NCBI RefSeq assembly: GCF_004010195.1
Contig: NC_057718.1
Coordinates: forward strand, 99,311,470 to 99,375,469
Direction of reading: 5' to 3'
Origin: Chiloscyllium plagiosum
Lineage: Eukaryota
Length of the DNA stretch: 64,000 bases
Shown piece by piece: positions 25,185 to 37,500 of this stretch. Each line of letters opens with the position of its first letter. Positions within the stretch are counted from its first letter, which is position 1. The position numbers and the translations under genes are program-made. The notes under the pieces are model-generated. The model was given only the letters and a program-made list of their open reading frames with translations, searched no databases and was not told where the DNA came from.

Positions 25185-26088
25185 TCTGAAAAAAACAGCA
25201 GATGCAATAAATCGGAAACAAAACAGAAATTGTTGGAAAAGCGCAGCAAGTCTGGCAGCATCTGTGGAGAGAAATCAGAGTTAATGTTTTGGGTCCAGTG
25301 ACCTGTGTTCTGAGGAAGGGTCACTCAATCCGAAAAGTTACTTACTCATGCCCCCCCTACACAGTAACAGCACTGAGGTGGAACGAGTGGAGAGTGTCAA
25401 GCTCCTGGGAGTGGTCATCCACAACAAGCTTTCTTGGACTCTTCATGTGGACGCACTGGTTACAAAGGCCCAACAACGTCTCTTCTTCCTCAGGCAGCTG
25501 AGGAAATTTGGCATGACAGCGAATACCCTTGCCAACTTTTATAGGTGCGCCATCAAGAGCATTCTATCTGGATGTATCACTACCTGGTATGGCAACTGTA
25601 CCATTGAAGGTCGGAGACAGTTACAGAGAGTGGTGAACTTGGCCCAGACAATCACAAAGGCCAACCTCCCATCTACAGAATCCATCTACCAGGCCCACTG
25701 TCAAGGAAAGGCCGCCAGCATTCTCAACGATCCATCCCACCCTGGCAATGTTTTTCTACAACCTCTACCATGGGGAGAAGGTACAGAAGTCTGAACACAC
25801 GCTCCAGCCGGTTTCATAACAGTTTCTACCCTACTGTTGTTAGAATATTGAATGGACTTACAAACTCTTAACATTCACCTGTACCTGTGTTTTTGTTTTT
25901 ACCGCTGTTTACCTATTATTTATTTATCTATGCTATTTAACTCTGTGATCTGCCTATTGCTCGCAAGACAAAGCTTTTCACTGTGCCTCGGTACACGTGA
26001 CAATAAATTCAATTCAATTCAATTAACTCTGATTTCTCTTCACAGGTACTGCCAGACTTGCTGAGCTTTTCCAGTAATTTCTGTTTTT
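25185..26088. mobile_element. F4 PLE inverted pair whose plus arm is split by a Rex LINE
   Basis: aaacagaaattgttggaaaagcgcagcaagtctggcagca...gagaaatcagagttaa is mirrored by ttaactctgatttctc...tgccagacttgctgagcttttccagtaatttctgttt (26023-26088). Hammerhead-like gttctgaggaagggtcactcaatccgaaa at 25307-25335. Confidence 0.8.
25342..26022 (+). mobile_element. Rex1/Babar-type LINE 3' end with (AATTC)n tail
   Basis: ORF 25348-25794 has VERVESVKLLGV..LSW..KAQQRLFFLRQLRKFG..FYRCAIKSILSGCITTWYG..DPSHP. Confidence 0.93.
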
Positions 26089-26454
26089 CTTAGTGTAACT
26101 ATAGTGACCAAAATGGCTAATTGCTTCTCTTCTGTACTATTGTTCAGGATAAAAGTAATACAAACCAATTCTTTATTGAACTCAAGGTTATCCGTTTATT
26201 ATATTAAAAGACTTATTCTTAAAGCAAGAAACAATTACTGGTGAGCGGCTAAGCTCTGATACAGAATTGATATTATATCCCCTCAATCCCATATACTAGT
26301 GCACTCACACAACAGAAAAAGTCAAGTGTCTGTGGAGATGATGGTCTTTCCAGTGGTACTCACATCCTGTGGAAAGATTTAAAAAACAGCACTGGAGTCA
26401 GTAGGATCTCTCCATTCATGCCAAAGCACTCTGACAATGTATTTAAAATATTTA

Positions 26455-28206
26455 ATTCTTTGAGTTTGAGATTAATTTATTGTTGTCACATGTGCCAAGA
26501 TACAGTTAAAAGTGTGCTATACAGGCAGATCATATCACAAAAGGTGTATCTGTGTAACAGAACCGAGTGCAAAATACAGTGTTACAGTTGCAGAGAAGGT
26601 GCAGAGAGAGACAGGTCAGAACTAACATTTGAGAGGTTCATTCAAAAATCTAACAGCAGTGAGGAAGAAGCTGTATTTGAATCTGACAGCAGTGGGGAAG
26701 AAGCTGTATTTAAATCTGATGGCAGTGGGGAAGAAGCTGTATTTGAATCTAACAGCAGTGGGAAAGAAGCTGTACTTCAATCTGACAGCAATGGGGAAGA
26801 AGCTGTATTTAAATCTGACGGCAGTGGGGAAGCAGCTGTACTTCAATATGACAGCAATGGGGAAGAAGCTATATTTGAATCTGACAGCAATGGGGCAGAA
26901 GCTGTATTTGAATCTAACAGCAGTGAAAAGAAGTTCTTTTTGAATCTGATAGCAGTGAGGAAGAAGCTGTATTTGAATCTGACAGCAGTGGGGAAGAAGC
27001 TGTACTTCAATATGACAGCAATGGGGACGAAGCTGTATTTGAATCTGACAGCAATGGGGAAGAAGCTGTACTTCAATCTGACAGCAATGGGGAAGAAGCT
27101 GTATTTGAATCTGACAGCAGTGGGGAAGAAGCTGTATTTAAATCTGACGGCAGTGGGGAAGAAGCTGTATTTGAACCTGACAGTAGTGGGGAAGAAGCTG
27201 TATTTAAATCTGATGGCAGTGGGGAAGAAGCTGTATTTAAACCTGACGGCAGTGGGGAAGAAGCTGTATTTGAATCTGACAGCATTGGGGAAGAAGCTGT
27301 ATTTGAATCTGACAGCAGTGGGGAAGAAGCTGTATTTAAATCGAACGGCAGTGGGGAAGAAGCTGTATTTGAATCTGACAGCAGTGGGGAAGAAGCTGTA
27401 CTTAAATCTGAACGGCAGTGGGCAAGCAGCTGTATTTGAATCTGATAGCAGTGGGGAAGAAGCTGTATTTGAATCTGATAGCAGTGGGGAAGAAGCTGTA
27501 TTTAAATCTGACGGCAGTGGGGAAGAAGCTGTATTTGAACCTGACAGTAGTGGGGAAGAAGCTGTATTTAAATCTGACGGCAGTGGGGAAGAAGCTGTAT
27601 TTGAATCTGACAGCAGTGGGGAAGAAGCTGTATTTGAATCTGACATCAGTGGGCAAGAAGCTGTATTTAAATCGGACGGCAGTGGGGAAGAAGCTGTATT
27701 TGAATCTAACAACAGTGGGGAAGAAGCTGTACTTCAATCTGACAGCAATGGGGAAGAAGCTGTATTTGAATCTAACAGTAGTGGGGAAGAAGCTGTACTT
27801 CAATATGACAGCAATGGGGAAGAAGCTGTACTTCAATATGACAGCAATGGGGAAGAAGCTGTATTTGAATCTGAAAGCAGTGGGGAAGAAGCTGTATTTG
27901 AATCTGAAAGCAGTGGGGAAGAAGCTGTATTTGAATCTGATAGCAGTGGGGAAGAAGCTGTATTTAAATCTGAAAGCAGTGGGGAAGAAGCTGTATTTGA
28001 ATCTGATGGCAATGGGGAAGAAGCTGTATTTAAATCTGACAGCAGTGGGGAAGAAGCTGTATTTGAATCTAACAGCAATGGGGCAGAAGCTGTATTTGAA
28101 CCTAACAGCAGTGGAAAAGAAGCTGTACTTCAATCTGACAGCAATGGGGAAGAAGCTGTACTTGAATCAGTTTGTACATGTATTTAAACTTTTATATCTT
28201 CTGCCC
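26455..28206 (-). mobile_element. Rex1/Babar-type LINE 3' end hosting a 33-bp array
   Basis: 26470-26646 matches the 3' UTR of the copies at 6560-6870 and 23040-23225. 28169-28206 resumes the element (tttaaacttttatatcttctgcc). Confidence 0.85.
26647..28168. repeat. Minisatellite, 33-bp unit (GAATCTGACAGCAGTGGGGAAGAAGCTGTATTT), ~46 copies
   Basis: Contiguous units without spacers and 11-aa periodic translations. Single-base indels near 26925 and 27410. Confidence 0.98.
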
Positions 28207-28722
28207 TCACAAAGAGAGAGACATTTCTGCATGAAACTAAGATAGATTTGGATAATATTCTGCGTTATGGTTGGCTTTCTCACCGTGCTGCCAATTGAGG
28301 TCAATAAGTATCATCTAAAGGTCCTTGCCCCATCCCCCCTGGCAATAATCCAGCTGCAGTTGGGCCTGTTAACATGTCACCTACCCAGGACAGGCTTCCT
28401 GGCGGGTGTGGGGGTTCATGATCGAAGGTACTGGTTAAGGGTGTGGACTGGGGGCAGCAGATGTAGCTGATGTTCCCCATCCCAGCATGGCCCCCACCCT
28501 TACATTGCTGATGTGGTTCCTGGATCTTAAAGTCATACAGTCATAGAGTCAGAGAGACGTACAGCATGGAAACAGACCCTTCGGTCCAACCCGACCGTGC
28601 CGACCAGATATCCCAAACCAATCTAGTCCCACCTGCCAGCACCTGGCCCATATCCCTCCAAACCCTTCCTATTCATATACCCATCCAAATGCCTCTTAAA
28701 TGTTGCAATTGTACCAGCCTCC

Positions 28723-28756
28723 NNNNNNNNNNNNNNNNNNNNNNNNNNNNNNNNNN
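28723..28756. other. Assembly gap (34 N)
   Basis: Run of N. Confidence 1.
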
Positions 28757-29184
28757 TTCCATACACGTACCACCCTCTGCGTGAAAAAGTTGCCCCTTAG
28801 GTCTCTTTTATATCTTTCCCCTCTCACCCTAAACGTATGCCCTCTAGTTCTGGACTCGCCGAGCCCAGGGAAAAGACTTTGCCTATTTACCCTATCCATG
28901 CCCCTCATAATTTTGTAAACCTCTATAAGGTCACCCCTCAGCCTCCGACGCTCCAGGGAAAACAGCCCCAGCCTGTTCAGCCTCTCCCGGTAGCTCAACC
29001 CTCCAACCCTGGCAACATCCTTGTAAATCTTTTCTGAATCCTTTCAAGTTTCACAACATCTTTCCGATAGGAAGGAGACCAGAATTGCAGGCAATATTCC
29101 AACAGTGGCCTAACCAATGTCCTGTACAGCCACAACATGACCTCCCAACTCCTGTACTCAATACTCTGACCAATAAAGGAAAGC

Positions 29185-29588
29185 NNNNNNNNNNNNNNNN
29201 NNNNNNNNNNNNNNNNNNNNNNNNNNNNNNNNNNNNNNNNNNNNNNNNNNNNNNNNNNNNNNNNNNNNNNNNNNNNNNNNNNNNNNNNNNNNNNNNNNNN
29301 NNNNNNNNNNNNNNNNNNNNNNNNNNNNNNNNNNNNNNNNNNNNNNNNNNNNNNNNNNNNNNNNNNNNNNNNNNNNNNNNNNNNNNNNNNNNNNNNNNNN
29401 NNNNNNNNNNNNNNNNNNNNNNNNNNNNNNNNNNNNNNNNNNNNNNNNNNNNNNNNNNNNNNNNNNNNNNNNNNNNNNNNNNNNNNNNNNNNNNNNNNNN
29501 NNNNNNNNNNNNNNNNNNNNNNNNNNNNNNNNNNNNNNNNNNNNNNNNNNNNNNNNNNNNNNNNNNNNNNNNNNNNNNNNNNNNNNNN
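29185..29588. other. Assembly gap (404 N)
   Basis: Run of N. Confidence 1.
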
Positions 29589-30709
29589 ATGTACATCCTG
29601 TCCCTCAGGATTCCCTCCAACAACTTGCCCACCACCGAGGCCAAGCTCACTGGTCTATAGTTCCCTGGCTTGTCTTTCCACCCTTCTTAAACAGTGGCAT
29701 CATGTTTGCCAACCTCCAGTCTTCCGGCATCTCACCTGTGACTATCGATGATACAAATATCTCAGCAAGAGGCCCAGCAATCACTTCTCTAGCTCCCCAC
29801 AGAGTTCTCAGGGGCACCTGATCAGGTCCTGGGGATTTATCCACCTTTAATTGTTTCAAGACATCCAGCACTTTCTCCTCTGTAATCTGGACATTTTGCA
29901 AAATGTCACCATCTATTTCCTTACAGTCTACATCTTTGGGAGTAAGGCAGGAGAATGAGGTTGAGAAATATATCAGCCATGACTGATGGGTCGGATGTCC
30001 TTTGTCTGTTCCTATATCTAATGGTTTTATGAATCAAGAGACCCTTACAGCATTGGTTTCTCACTAGCTCTCTAGGTAACAGACAAGACCCATATTGGTC
30101 AATGGAAGATCTTGGACATTATAGCTAAACTAGGATGGAGTCATTGAATAACACAGCAGAGACGCAGAGTGGGATGTTGGGGATGTATTAACCCATTTGA
30201 ATCATAGAAGCATAAAGTCACAGAGATCTATAGTACATGAAAGACCATTCTATCCATCGTATCTACACTGGTCAAAAACAATCACTTGAGTATTCTAATT
30301 CCAATTTATCTCCACACTCCATCATTGATAAAGGATTTAAAAATAAGATTTAACAATCTCAGTCCTCTGGCATTACATCTCTACTTCTCAATCAGACCAT
30401 GTGGTATGAATCTTGATAAATATTTAGCACTGAGTCGGATTCGGAGTTTCTTTCATTTGTACCTCTGCATTTCTGAGATTTCTAACCCCCCTGATTAGGT
30501 CATGTTTCCCCTTTGGGATGATTTCATCTATTTGCTTGAATTTTGATAAGCTGAAGATCCAAACTTCAAAGTGGAGGCTTGGAAATGCATGGTATGTTGC
30601 CATTTGTCGAGCGCTCTCATTAACCATTTCACAGCAGCCATTCCTCAGAGAAGGAGATGGTGAATTCTCCTGTTTCATGAGCGTGAGGCATCTGCTTCTT
30701 TTGCATTGT

Positions 30710-31225
30710 TAACGGGGTATGGGCATCACTGGCTGGGCCGGCATTTAATGTCCATCCCATAATTCCCCTGGAGAAGATGGTGGTGAGCTGCCTTCTGGAA
30801 CCATTTTGACACCGAAGGAATGGCAGTGCATTTCCAAGTCAGGATGGAGAGTGGCTTAGAGAGGAACTTGGTGGTGCTCCCATGAATCTACTGCCCTTCT
30901 CTTTCTGCATGTTTAAGGTCACAGGTAGGAAGGTGATGTCGATGGAGTCCTGGTGAGTTGTTGCAGTGACCTCAGAGTTGATACCCACTGCTGCCACTCA
31001 GTGTGAGTGATGGAGGGAGTGAGCATTTATGGTGGTGGATGTAATGCCGATCAAGCAGCCTGCTTTGTCATGAATGGTGTCGAGCTTCTTGAGTCTTATT
31101 GGAGTTGCACTCATCCAGTACTCTATTCCATTCCACTCCGGGCTTGTGCCTTGTCAAAGGCAGACAGGCTTTGGGTAGTGAGGAGGTGAATTGCCCTCAA
31201 CAGGACTCCCAGCCTCTGACCTGTC
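30710..31225 (-). mobile_element. Family-C LINE fragment
   Basis: Colinear with 8305-8750. Confidence 0.75.
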
Positions 31226-31228
31226 CTT

Positions 31229-31352
31229 GAGAGAAAGTGAGGGCTGCAGGTGCTGGCAAGTCAGAGTCGAAGAGTGTGGCGTTGAAAAAGCACAGAACAT
31301 CAGTCAGTATCCGAGGAGCAGAAGAATCCATGTTTCAGGCATAAGCCCTTCA
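31229..31352 (-). mobile_element. F1 PLE module with ~15-bp TSD (TCTGAyCTGTCCTTG)
   Basis: tctgacctgtccttg precedes and tctgatctgtccttg follows. Decayed hammerhead gtttcaggcataagcccttcatc. Confidence 0.8.
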
Positions 31353-31569
31353 TCTGATCTGTCCTTGTCAACACAGTATATCTGTGGCTGTAACTGTTGG
31401 GTTGGACATGGACGCTTCCTCTCTAGATCCCAATATACTTGCTGCTGTGCAAACCTTGTTTATTATAGACAGCATCTGCATCTGGCAAAAATAACTGACA
31501 GATCATGGAATATCCCTTGGGACTTCTAGATCATGCTCAAAGCTTGGTAGTACAATCTCTTTGCAGGTA

Positions 31570-32020
31570 TGGAATCATACTGCGTAGAAAAGGCCTTTTG
31601 GCCCATTGAATCTTGGCTGACTCATTCACGATCCCCACATTCCAGCACTAGCTCTATAGCCTTGAATGTTGTTTCTCGGGCTCATCCCAGTACTTTTTAA
31701 AAGTTAAAAGTCACACAACACCACACTTACCAGTGTTGTGTGTGATTTTTAACTTTGTCCACCCCAGTCCAACACCAGCACCTCCACATCATTTTGAAAA
31801 GTTGCGAGGTTTCCCACATCAACTGCCCTTCCCAGGCACTGCATTCCAGATTCCCACCATCCTCTGGGTGAAAAATGTTTCCCTCAAATCCCCCCCGGCC
31901 AAACCTCTGCATTTCACCTTGAAATGATGCCCCCTCATTGCCGACCCTTCAGCATAGGGGAACACTCCTCTCTCTCCACGCTAACCGTTCCCCTCATAAT
32001 TACATACACCTCAATCAGTT
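31570..32020 (-). mobile_element. Old CR1 3' end with a nested F2 hairpin-like terminus (31700-31792)
   Basis: aaagttaaaagtcacacaacacc is mirrored by gtgttgtgtgtgatttttaacttt, inside CR1-like ttccagattcccaccatcctctgggtgaaaaa. Confidence 0.7.
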
Positions 32021-32069
32021 TTAATGTCTTGTTTGATTGGCTGTTTGTTTGCAACTGTGAGTTGGAGGA

Positions 32070-32185
32070 GATTTATTTGGAAGCACTAGCTTTTTGGAGT
32101 CCTGCTCCTTCATCAGGTAACTACTGAAAGCTAGTGCTTCCGAATAAACCTGTTGAACTATAACCTGGTGTTGTGAGATTTCAGT
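32070..32185. mobile_element. F2 PLE inverted pair
   Basis: tttatttggaagcactagcttt is mirrored by aaagctagtgcttccgaataaa. Confidence 0.75.
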
Positions 32186-32805
32186 TTGTAACTGGGTTTT
32201 GCAGTAATCCAAGTCTCCCAGGGATTGCCTGGGAGTTTCGGCAGTGCCAGATGCGATTGTGACAAAAAAAGATTAGCCACAGCTTCATATCCAGTTGCAT
32301 TCCCTACATTTAATGCTAAACCCCTTTCTTGTTCATGGATAAACTGAGTGAGTGCTCAGCGAAAGAGCTGCACACTGTTTCAGCAGAATGCATTGTGATA
32401 TTAACCTAGGTGTATTTGCTGAGATTGAGTATGTGCGCAATGTATTGCAGTGTTTGATACAGGGCTGTAAGCAAGTCTTCTCTTTCTGCCAAACAGTCCA
32501 CTTGTGAACTCTAAGACTCATTTATATTCCCTCATATTGGGGAGACAGATCCCAAGCTGTCACATCTGACCGCAAACCGAGTTGCTCTTTCACTTGGCAT
32601 GTTGCCATGTTCATCGCTGTGAGGATTTGAATGTGGATGTCCTCATTTGTATTTATTCCTGGTGTGGGCTAACCGTGTTTTTGGAGATTGTGACCGAGGA
32701 GTACCCAGAGGTTTGGCTGACTCACAGATCACACTCCAAGCGTTGGAAGGAAACAGCAAAAGGATTTGTTATCTTTCTGCTCTCTGACACAATGGGGTTG
32801 ACTTA

Positions 32806-33123
32806 TTTAGATTAGATTCCCTACAGTATGGAAACAGGTCCTTCGGCCCAACATGTCAACACTGACCCTCCGAAGAGTAACCCACCCAGACCCATTCCCC
32901 TACCTTATATTTACCCCTGACTAATGGACCTAAGACTATGGGCAATTTAGCTTGGCCAATTCACCTAATCTGCGGGAGGAAACCGGAGCACCGAGAGGAA
33001 ACCCACACAGACACGGGGAGAATGTGCAAACTCCACACAGATAGTCGCCCGAGGCTGGAATCGAACCTGGGACCCTGGTGCTGTGAGACAGCAGTGCCAA
33101 CCACTGAGTCACCGTGCCGCCCA
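32806..33123 (-). mobile_element. HE1-like SINE
   Basis: Full head-core-tail on -. Confidence 0.92.
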
Positions 33124-34096
33124 CAAAGTGGCTCTTACGCCCAGGTTTCACGATGTCATAGTGAAGTGACCTCTGTCCCCTTACTCCCCCCACCCATCCT
33201 CCTCCCCTCCCCGCCCCCACACCCCACCGACTCTGCTGCATTTTCATTGTGTTGGGGGAGGTGAATGTGACTGGGCAGGGCCAGCTTTTATGGCCAATCT
33301 CTAGCTGCTCCCTCCACACCCCTGAGCTGTACAGCGCCACTTGACAACGTGCCCCCCCGACCGATGACAAGCTGCCTGGCATTGTGCCAGGGCTAAATTG
33401 CAGCGGCAGTAATGAGAAGCTTTAAAGTGGGCAAAGTGCACAAACAAGTGGCAAGGCAGGGAGGGATGCTGTGAGCGTCCAGGGATGCGCTGAGCGAGTG
33501 CAAGCCCAAGGGCGTGGCCTGATCCAACCGGTAAGCTGGGCCCCTATCCTTGAGTGGATGGTGTCCCACGTGGGCAATACAGAGGGGTCTTGGAAATGGA
33601 CTGGAGATGGGCCACGAGGGTGCAGGTAGGCTGGTACATGTCTGATGTCAATGTCCATGTGAGCGGGTAGCACGTGGTTGCTCTGAGACGGAGGTCCGAG
33701 GGTGGTGGGAGGGGTGTGCAGGCGGGGAGCAGGAGTCGCTCAAATTGGAAATTCTCTGCATCAGGATGTGAGGTCCAAGGCTGTCGAAAGGAGACTGCAG
33801 ATCAGGGAGGCGAGCTGAGGCTGATACTGAACTGAGTGATGATCATCTCCTGCTGCCCACACACACGAAGGTCACCTCACTACCTGGAGGGAAGGGCCGT
33901 TGTTGTTTCTGACATTGAGCAAAGCCTTGCTCTTACGCCTGTGTGGTTCTCTCCAACCTCTCACCAGACCCCACATCATCCAGGGCCCTTGGGGCAACTC
34001 TGCCTGACAAAACCATCACTGCTTCCTCTAAGATCCCATCCAGAGACTCTTAAGGGGAGAAATCTGCCATCTGTATCTGGCTGTACCTTCCCATCA

Positions 34097-34210
34097 GAGT
34101 CGAGCGTGTGGCGCTGGAAAAGCACAGCCGGTCAGGCAGTATCCAAGGAGCAGGAGAATCAACGTTTTGGGCATGAGCCCTTCATCAGGCAGTCCTCACT
34201 TTCTCCAAAC
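34097..34210 (-). mobile_element. F1 PLE module with short inverted terminus, TSD TTCCCATCAG, nested in a second-family SINE
   Basis: ttcccatcag flanks both sides. gcagtcctcactttctcc is the inverted 3' end. Confidence 0.8.
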
Positions 34211-34479
34211 ATTCCCATCAGCCTCAGCATTGTGGCTCGTTCTTAACTTCCCTCTGAAATGGCCATTCGCTTCAAAGGCTATCAGGTTGTAGGTGACCAA
34301 TGCCTGCCTTGTCCTAGAACCCATCAAATAAGAGGAAATGAGGGGGCGCTAATTTCAAAAAGTTGGCGGAAGAACCAGAGGTGATGTGGAGGAACAATTT
34401 TCAACACAGTGATGTGTTGGGGTCTGGAATGCACCGAATGTATCTGAGATTTTTAAATAATTAACCTATTTTCCTGAGA

Positions 34480-34575
34480 AACTTGTTCACAGATGTTATT
34501 ACACACTTCTGGAGCAGGTGGGAATGAAACCCAGGCCTTCCCTTCCAGGGGCAGGGTCACTACCACTGTGCCACA
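34480..34575 (-). mobile_element. Short tRNA-derived SINE head
   Basis: Minus strand has tggcacagtgg (A box) and ggtttcattcc (B box). Confidence 0.55.
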
Positions 34576-34694
34576 AAAAGGTCCCCTTTCACAGGGTAAC
34601 CCCAAGGGATTTCTAACCCGTCACCTTGGATGGCTACACTCTCCTGAAAGTCTCTGTGAACTAGACTGAATAATTACTTTTGATGCTCAAAGAA

Positions 34695-35398
34695 TCATAG
34701 AATCCCTACGGTTTGGAGGCAGGCCGTTCGGCCCATCAAGTCCACACCGAACAGCATGACAACCAGGCCCACCCTGTCCCTCGAACCCTGCATTTCCCCT
34801 GGCCAATCCACCCAGCCTGCACATCTTTGTACTGTGGGGGGAAACCAGAGCAAAAACACACAGACACAGGGAAAACCTGCAAACAGGCAGTCACCTGAGG
34901 CTGGACTCGAACCCAGGTCTGTAGTGTTGTGAGGCCACAGTGCTAACCACTGAGTGACTGTGCCGTCCCTAGAGACAGACTGATGGGGATGCTGCACTAA
35001 TGGGCTCATGGAGATAAGCCAAACACAATGGACGTAAGGTCTCTGTGGTGGATCACTCCCTGGCTTCATGTGAAATAAGCAAATAGAACATAGAATCTCG
35101 ACAGTGCGGAAACAAGCCATTCAGACCAACAATTCCATACTGGCCCTCCAAAGAGTCACCCACGCAGACCCATTCCCCTACTATTCTACATTTACCCCTG
35201 ACAAATGCCTCTAACCGACACATTCCTGAACAATTGAGTGTGACCAATTCACCCTAACCTGCACATCTTTGGATTGTAGGAGGAAATCCACGCGGACACG
35301 GGGAGAATGTGCAAACCCCACCCAGACAGTCGCCCGAGGGTGGAAACGAACCTGGGTCCCGGGCGCTGTGGGGTAGCAGTGCTAACCACTGAGCCACC
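34695..35398 (-). mobile_element. Two HE1-like SINEs (34695-34968, 35089-35398)
   Basis: Each has cctgcacatcttt core and gtgctaaccactgag head as reverse complement. Confidence 0.9.
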
Positions 35399-35999
35399 AA
35401 ACCTTAAGACAATCCCAGACTCAACTGAAGTGGTCAAGTAAAACAGAGTAAGCTTGTTCTTTTGGAGCTTATGAACTCAAATGGATTGTAATTTTTGAAA
35501 GAAGAAATCAACTTTACACCAGCTACGATCTTTGTTTGTATTGTAGAGACACCATCACTAACTGTCGAGTAACTATGGACTGTACTGTGTTTATCAAAAC
35601 TCTTATGTTCTCTGCCTTTGGAAACAATGGAAGCCCACGCAGGACACAAACCGTGCCATACATACTGACCGGTCAATATGACTTTTACATGCGCAGAAGA
35701 GCTCCAATTGTTTACAACTCCCAGAAACAAGCGCAAACTAAACCCACAGAAAAGGTCAAACAATAAGATCAAAGAGCCCCATTAAAAATGTGGCAAACAG
35801 CAAAACCAGTATGGAAAAATGTTTTCCCTCCTGCAGTTTTTAACTGAAGGGTTCTAACCACCGACTCCGTACACCCCTGCTTGACCAACCAAAGATGTTG
35901 AGGGAAATGGTTTTCTGTTATATACCCAGTGACCAACTTGTGATTTTTTTCTGATTTGGACTTTCAAGAAAGAAAATTTGCATTTGTAATTACTTACGA

Positions 36000-36673
36000 T
36001 ATACATTACTGACTTGGACGATGGAAGTGAACGTACCATTGCCAGGTTTGTGGGTGATGCAAAATTGGTGGGAGAGCAAGCAGTGAGGATGAGCCAGAGA
36101 GTCCTCAGAGGGATCTAGGCAGGTTAAGCGAGTGACCGATGAAAGATAATGTGGGTTTCTGTGAGGCTATGGAAATACAGAAGCGCTGAATATTATTTAA
36201 ATAGAGTCATAGAGCTGTACAGCACGGAAACAGGCCCTTCGGTCCTACTCGTCCAGGCCAACTAGATATCCTAAATTACTCCAGTCGCATTTGCTAGCAA
36301 TCAGCCCATTTCCCTCTAAACCCTTCCTATTCATATGCCCATCCAGATACCTTTTAAATGCTGTAATTGTACCAGACTCCATCACTTCCTTGTTCCGTAC
36401 ATGCACCACCCTCTGCGTGAAAACGTTGCCCCTTCGGTCCCTTTTTCAGCTTTCCCCCTCACATTAAATCTATACCCTCTAGTTTTGGACTCCCCTACCC
36501 TTGGGAAAAGCCCTATGCTATTCATCCTATCCATGCCCCTCATGGTTTTATAAACCTCTACAAGGTCACCCCTCAGCCTCCGAAGCTCCTGGGAAAATAG
36601 TCCCATCCTATTCAGCCCCTTCCTATCGCTCAAATCCTCCAACCATGGGAAAATCCTTGTAAATCTTTTCTGA
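36000..36673. mobile_element. Old CR1 RT fragment (+, 36000-36200) and CR1 3' end (-, 36201-36673)
   Basis: ORF 36382-36726(-) QKRFTRIFPWLEDL..LRGDLVEVYK. The plus fragment resembles the FADDxK region. Confidence 0.8.
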
Positions 36674-36996
36674 GACTGCGGGAACATTGTGCCATTTCTA
36701 TCTCCAGTCACGAGATCATACATCACATCCCATCTCCTAGTGAATGCAGACTTGCGGCAGTTTAGGTCTACACCCTTAAAGATTCATGAACATCACATCA
36801 AGGGTCACCATAATGGGCTTGACATTATATCCTTGCAATCAGCTCTTTGTGCGTATATATTCTGCATGTACCACTTCATAAAACATAGGCTGTAGATAAC
36901 GCAATTGATTAAAGCTCACCAGGATTGCCAAACATGTATTATTCTCTTTTGGTTCCAACTACAGCCACATCTTGGTTTTAAAATTCCTTCTCTTTA

Positions 36997-37185
36997 CCAA
37001 AGATGTGCAGGTTGAGTGAATTGACCATGCTAAATTGCCCCATTGTGTCCAGGGATGTGTAGATCAGGTAGATTAATCATGGGAAATGCAGGGGTTTGGA
37101 GTTAGTGTGGGATGCTCTTTAGAAGGTCGGTGCAGACGTAATGGGCCAAATGGCTTCCTTCCGCACTGTCGGGATTCTGTGATTC
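36997..37185 (+). mobile_element. HE1-like SINE 3' half
   Basis: ccaaagatgtgcagg...catgctaaattgccc. Confidence 0.8.
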
Positions 37186-37189
37186 TTCC

Positions 37190-37500
37190 CGGATCCCTCT
37201 CCGGCCTCACTGTCACCCCTATCTCAGCAATCTCCTCCAAGCCTCCCAGACCAAATCTGGTCTCTTACACATCCCTGACCGTAATCAATCCTCCATTGGT
37301 GACTGTGCCTTCAGCTGCCAAGCCCCTTCCTACAGCTCTCCCCCCTCGCAACCTCCCTCTCCTCCCTCAGGAACCTTAATAACCACCTCTTTGCCAAGGT
37401 TTTGGACCTTGGACCGCGGTCACTCAGTGTTGACTATAGCTTGATAACGAGCACCTGGAAATGTTTCCCCAGGTTAAAGGTGCTATTTAAATGCAGGGTT
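37190..37500 (+). mobile_element. L2-type LINE 3' end, diverged
   Basis: ccctatctc..aatctcctcca, ccattggtgactgtgccttcagctgcc, and tail aaaggtgctatttaaatgca. Confidence 0.55.

Larger units (their letters stand above)
28531..29935 (-). mobile_element. Young CR1 (HER1-like) LINE spanning two assembly gaps
   Basis: KSPGPDQ..TGEMPEDWRLAN, SLASVVGKLLEGILRD and LGLFSLERRRLRGDLIEVYK. Confidence 0.93.

Noticed and set aside
25348..25794. 148-aa ORF as a cellular gene
   Set aside because: Rex/Babar RT C-terminus, 5'-truncated and frameshifted, followed by the element tail.
26647..28168. CRISPR-like array (33-bp repeats)
   Set aside because: Units are contiguous with no unique spacers, there are no cas genes, the context is vertebrate, and the unit derives from a LINE.
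29051..29660. Long ORFs across the N run
   Set aside because: Artefacts of the assembly gap.
33290..33830. GC-rich segment as a CpG-island promoter or DNA-transposon remnant
   Set aside because: Too few CpGs and no termini or protein motif that I can support.
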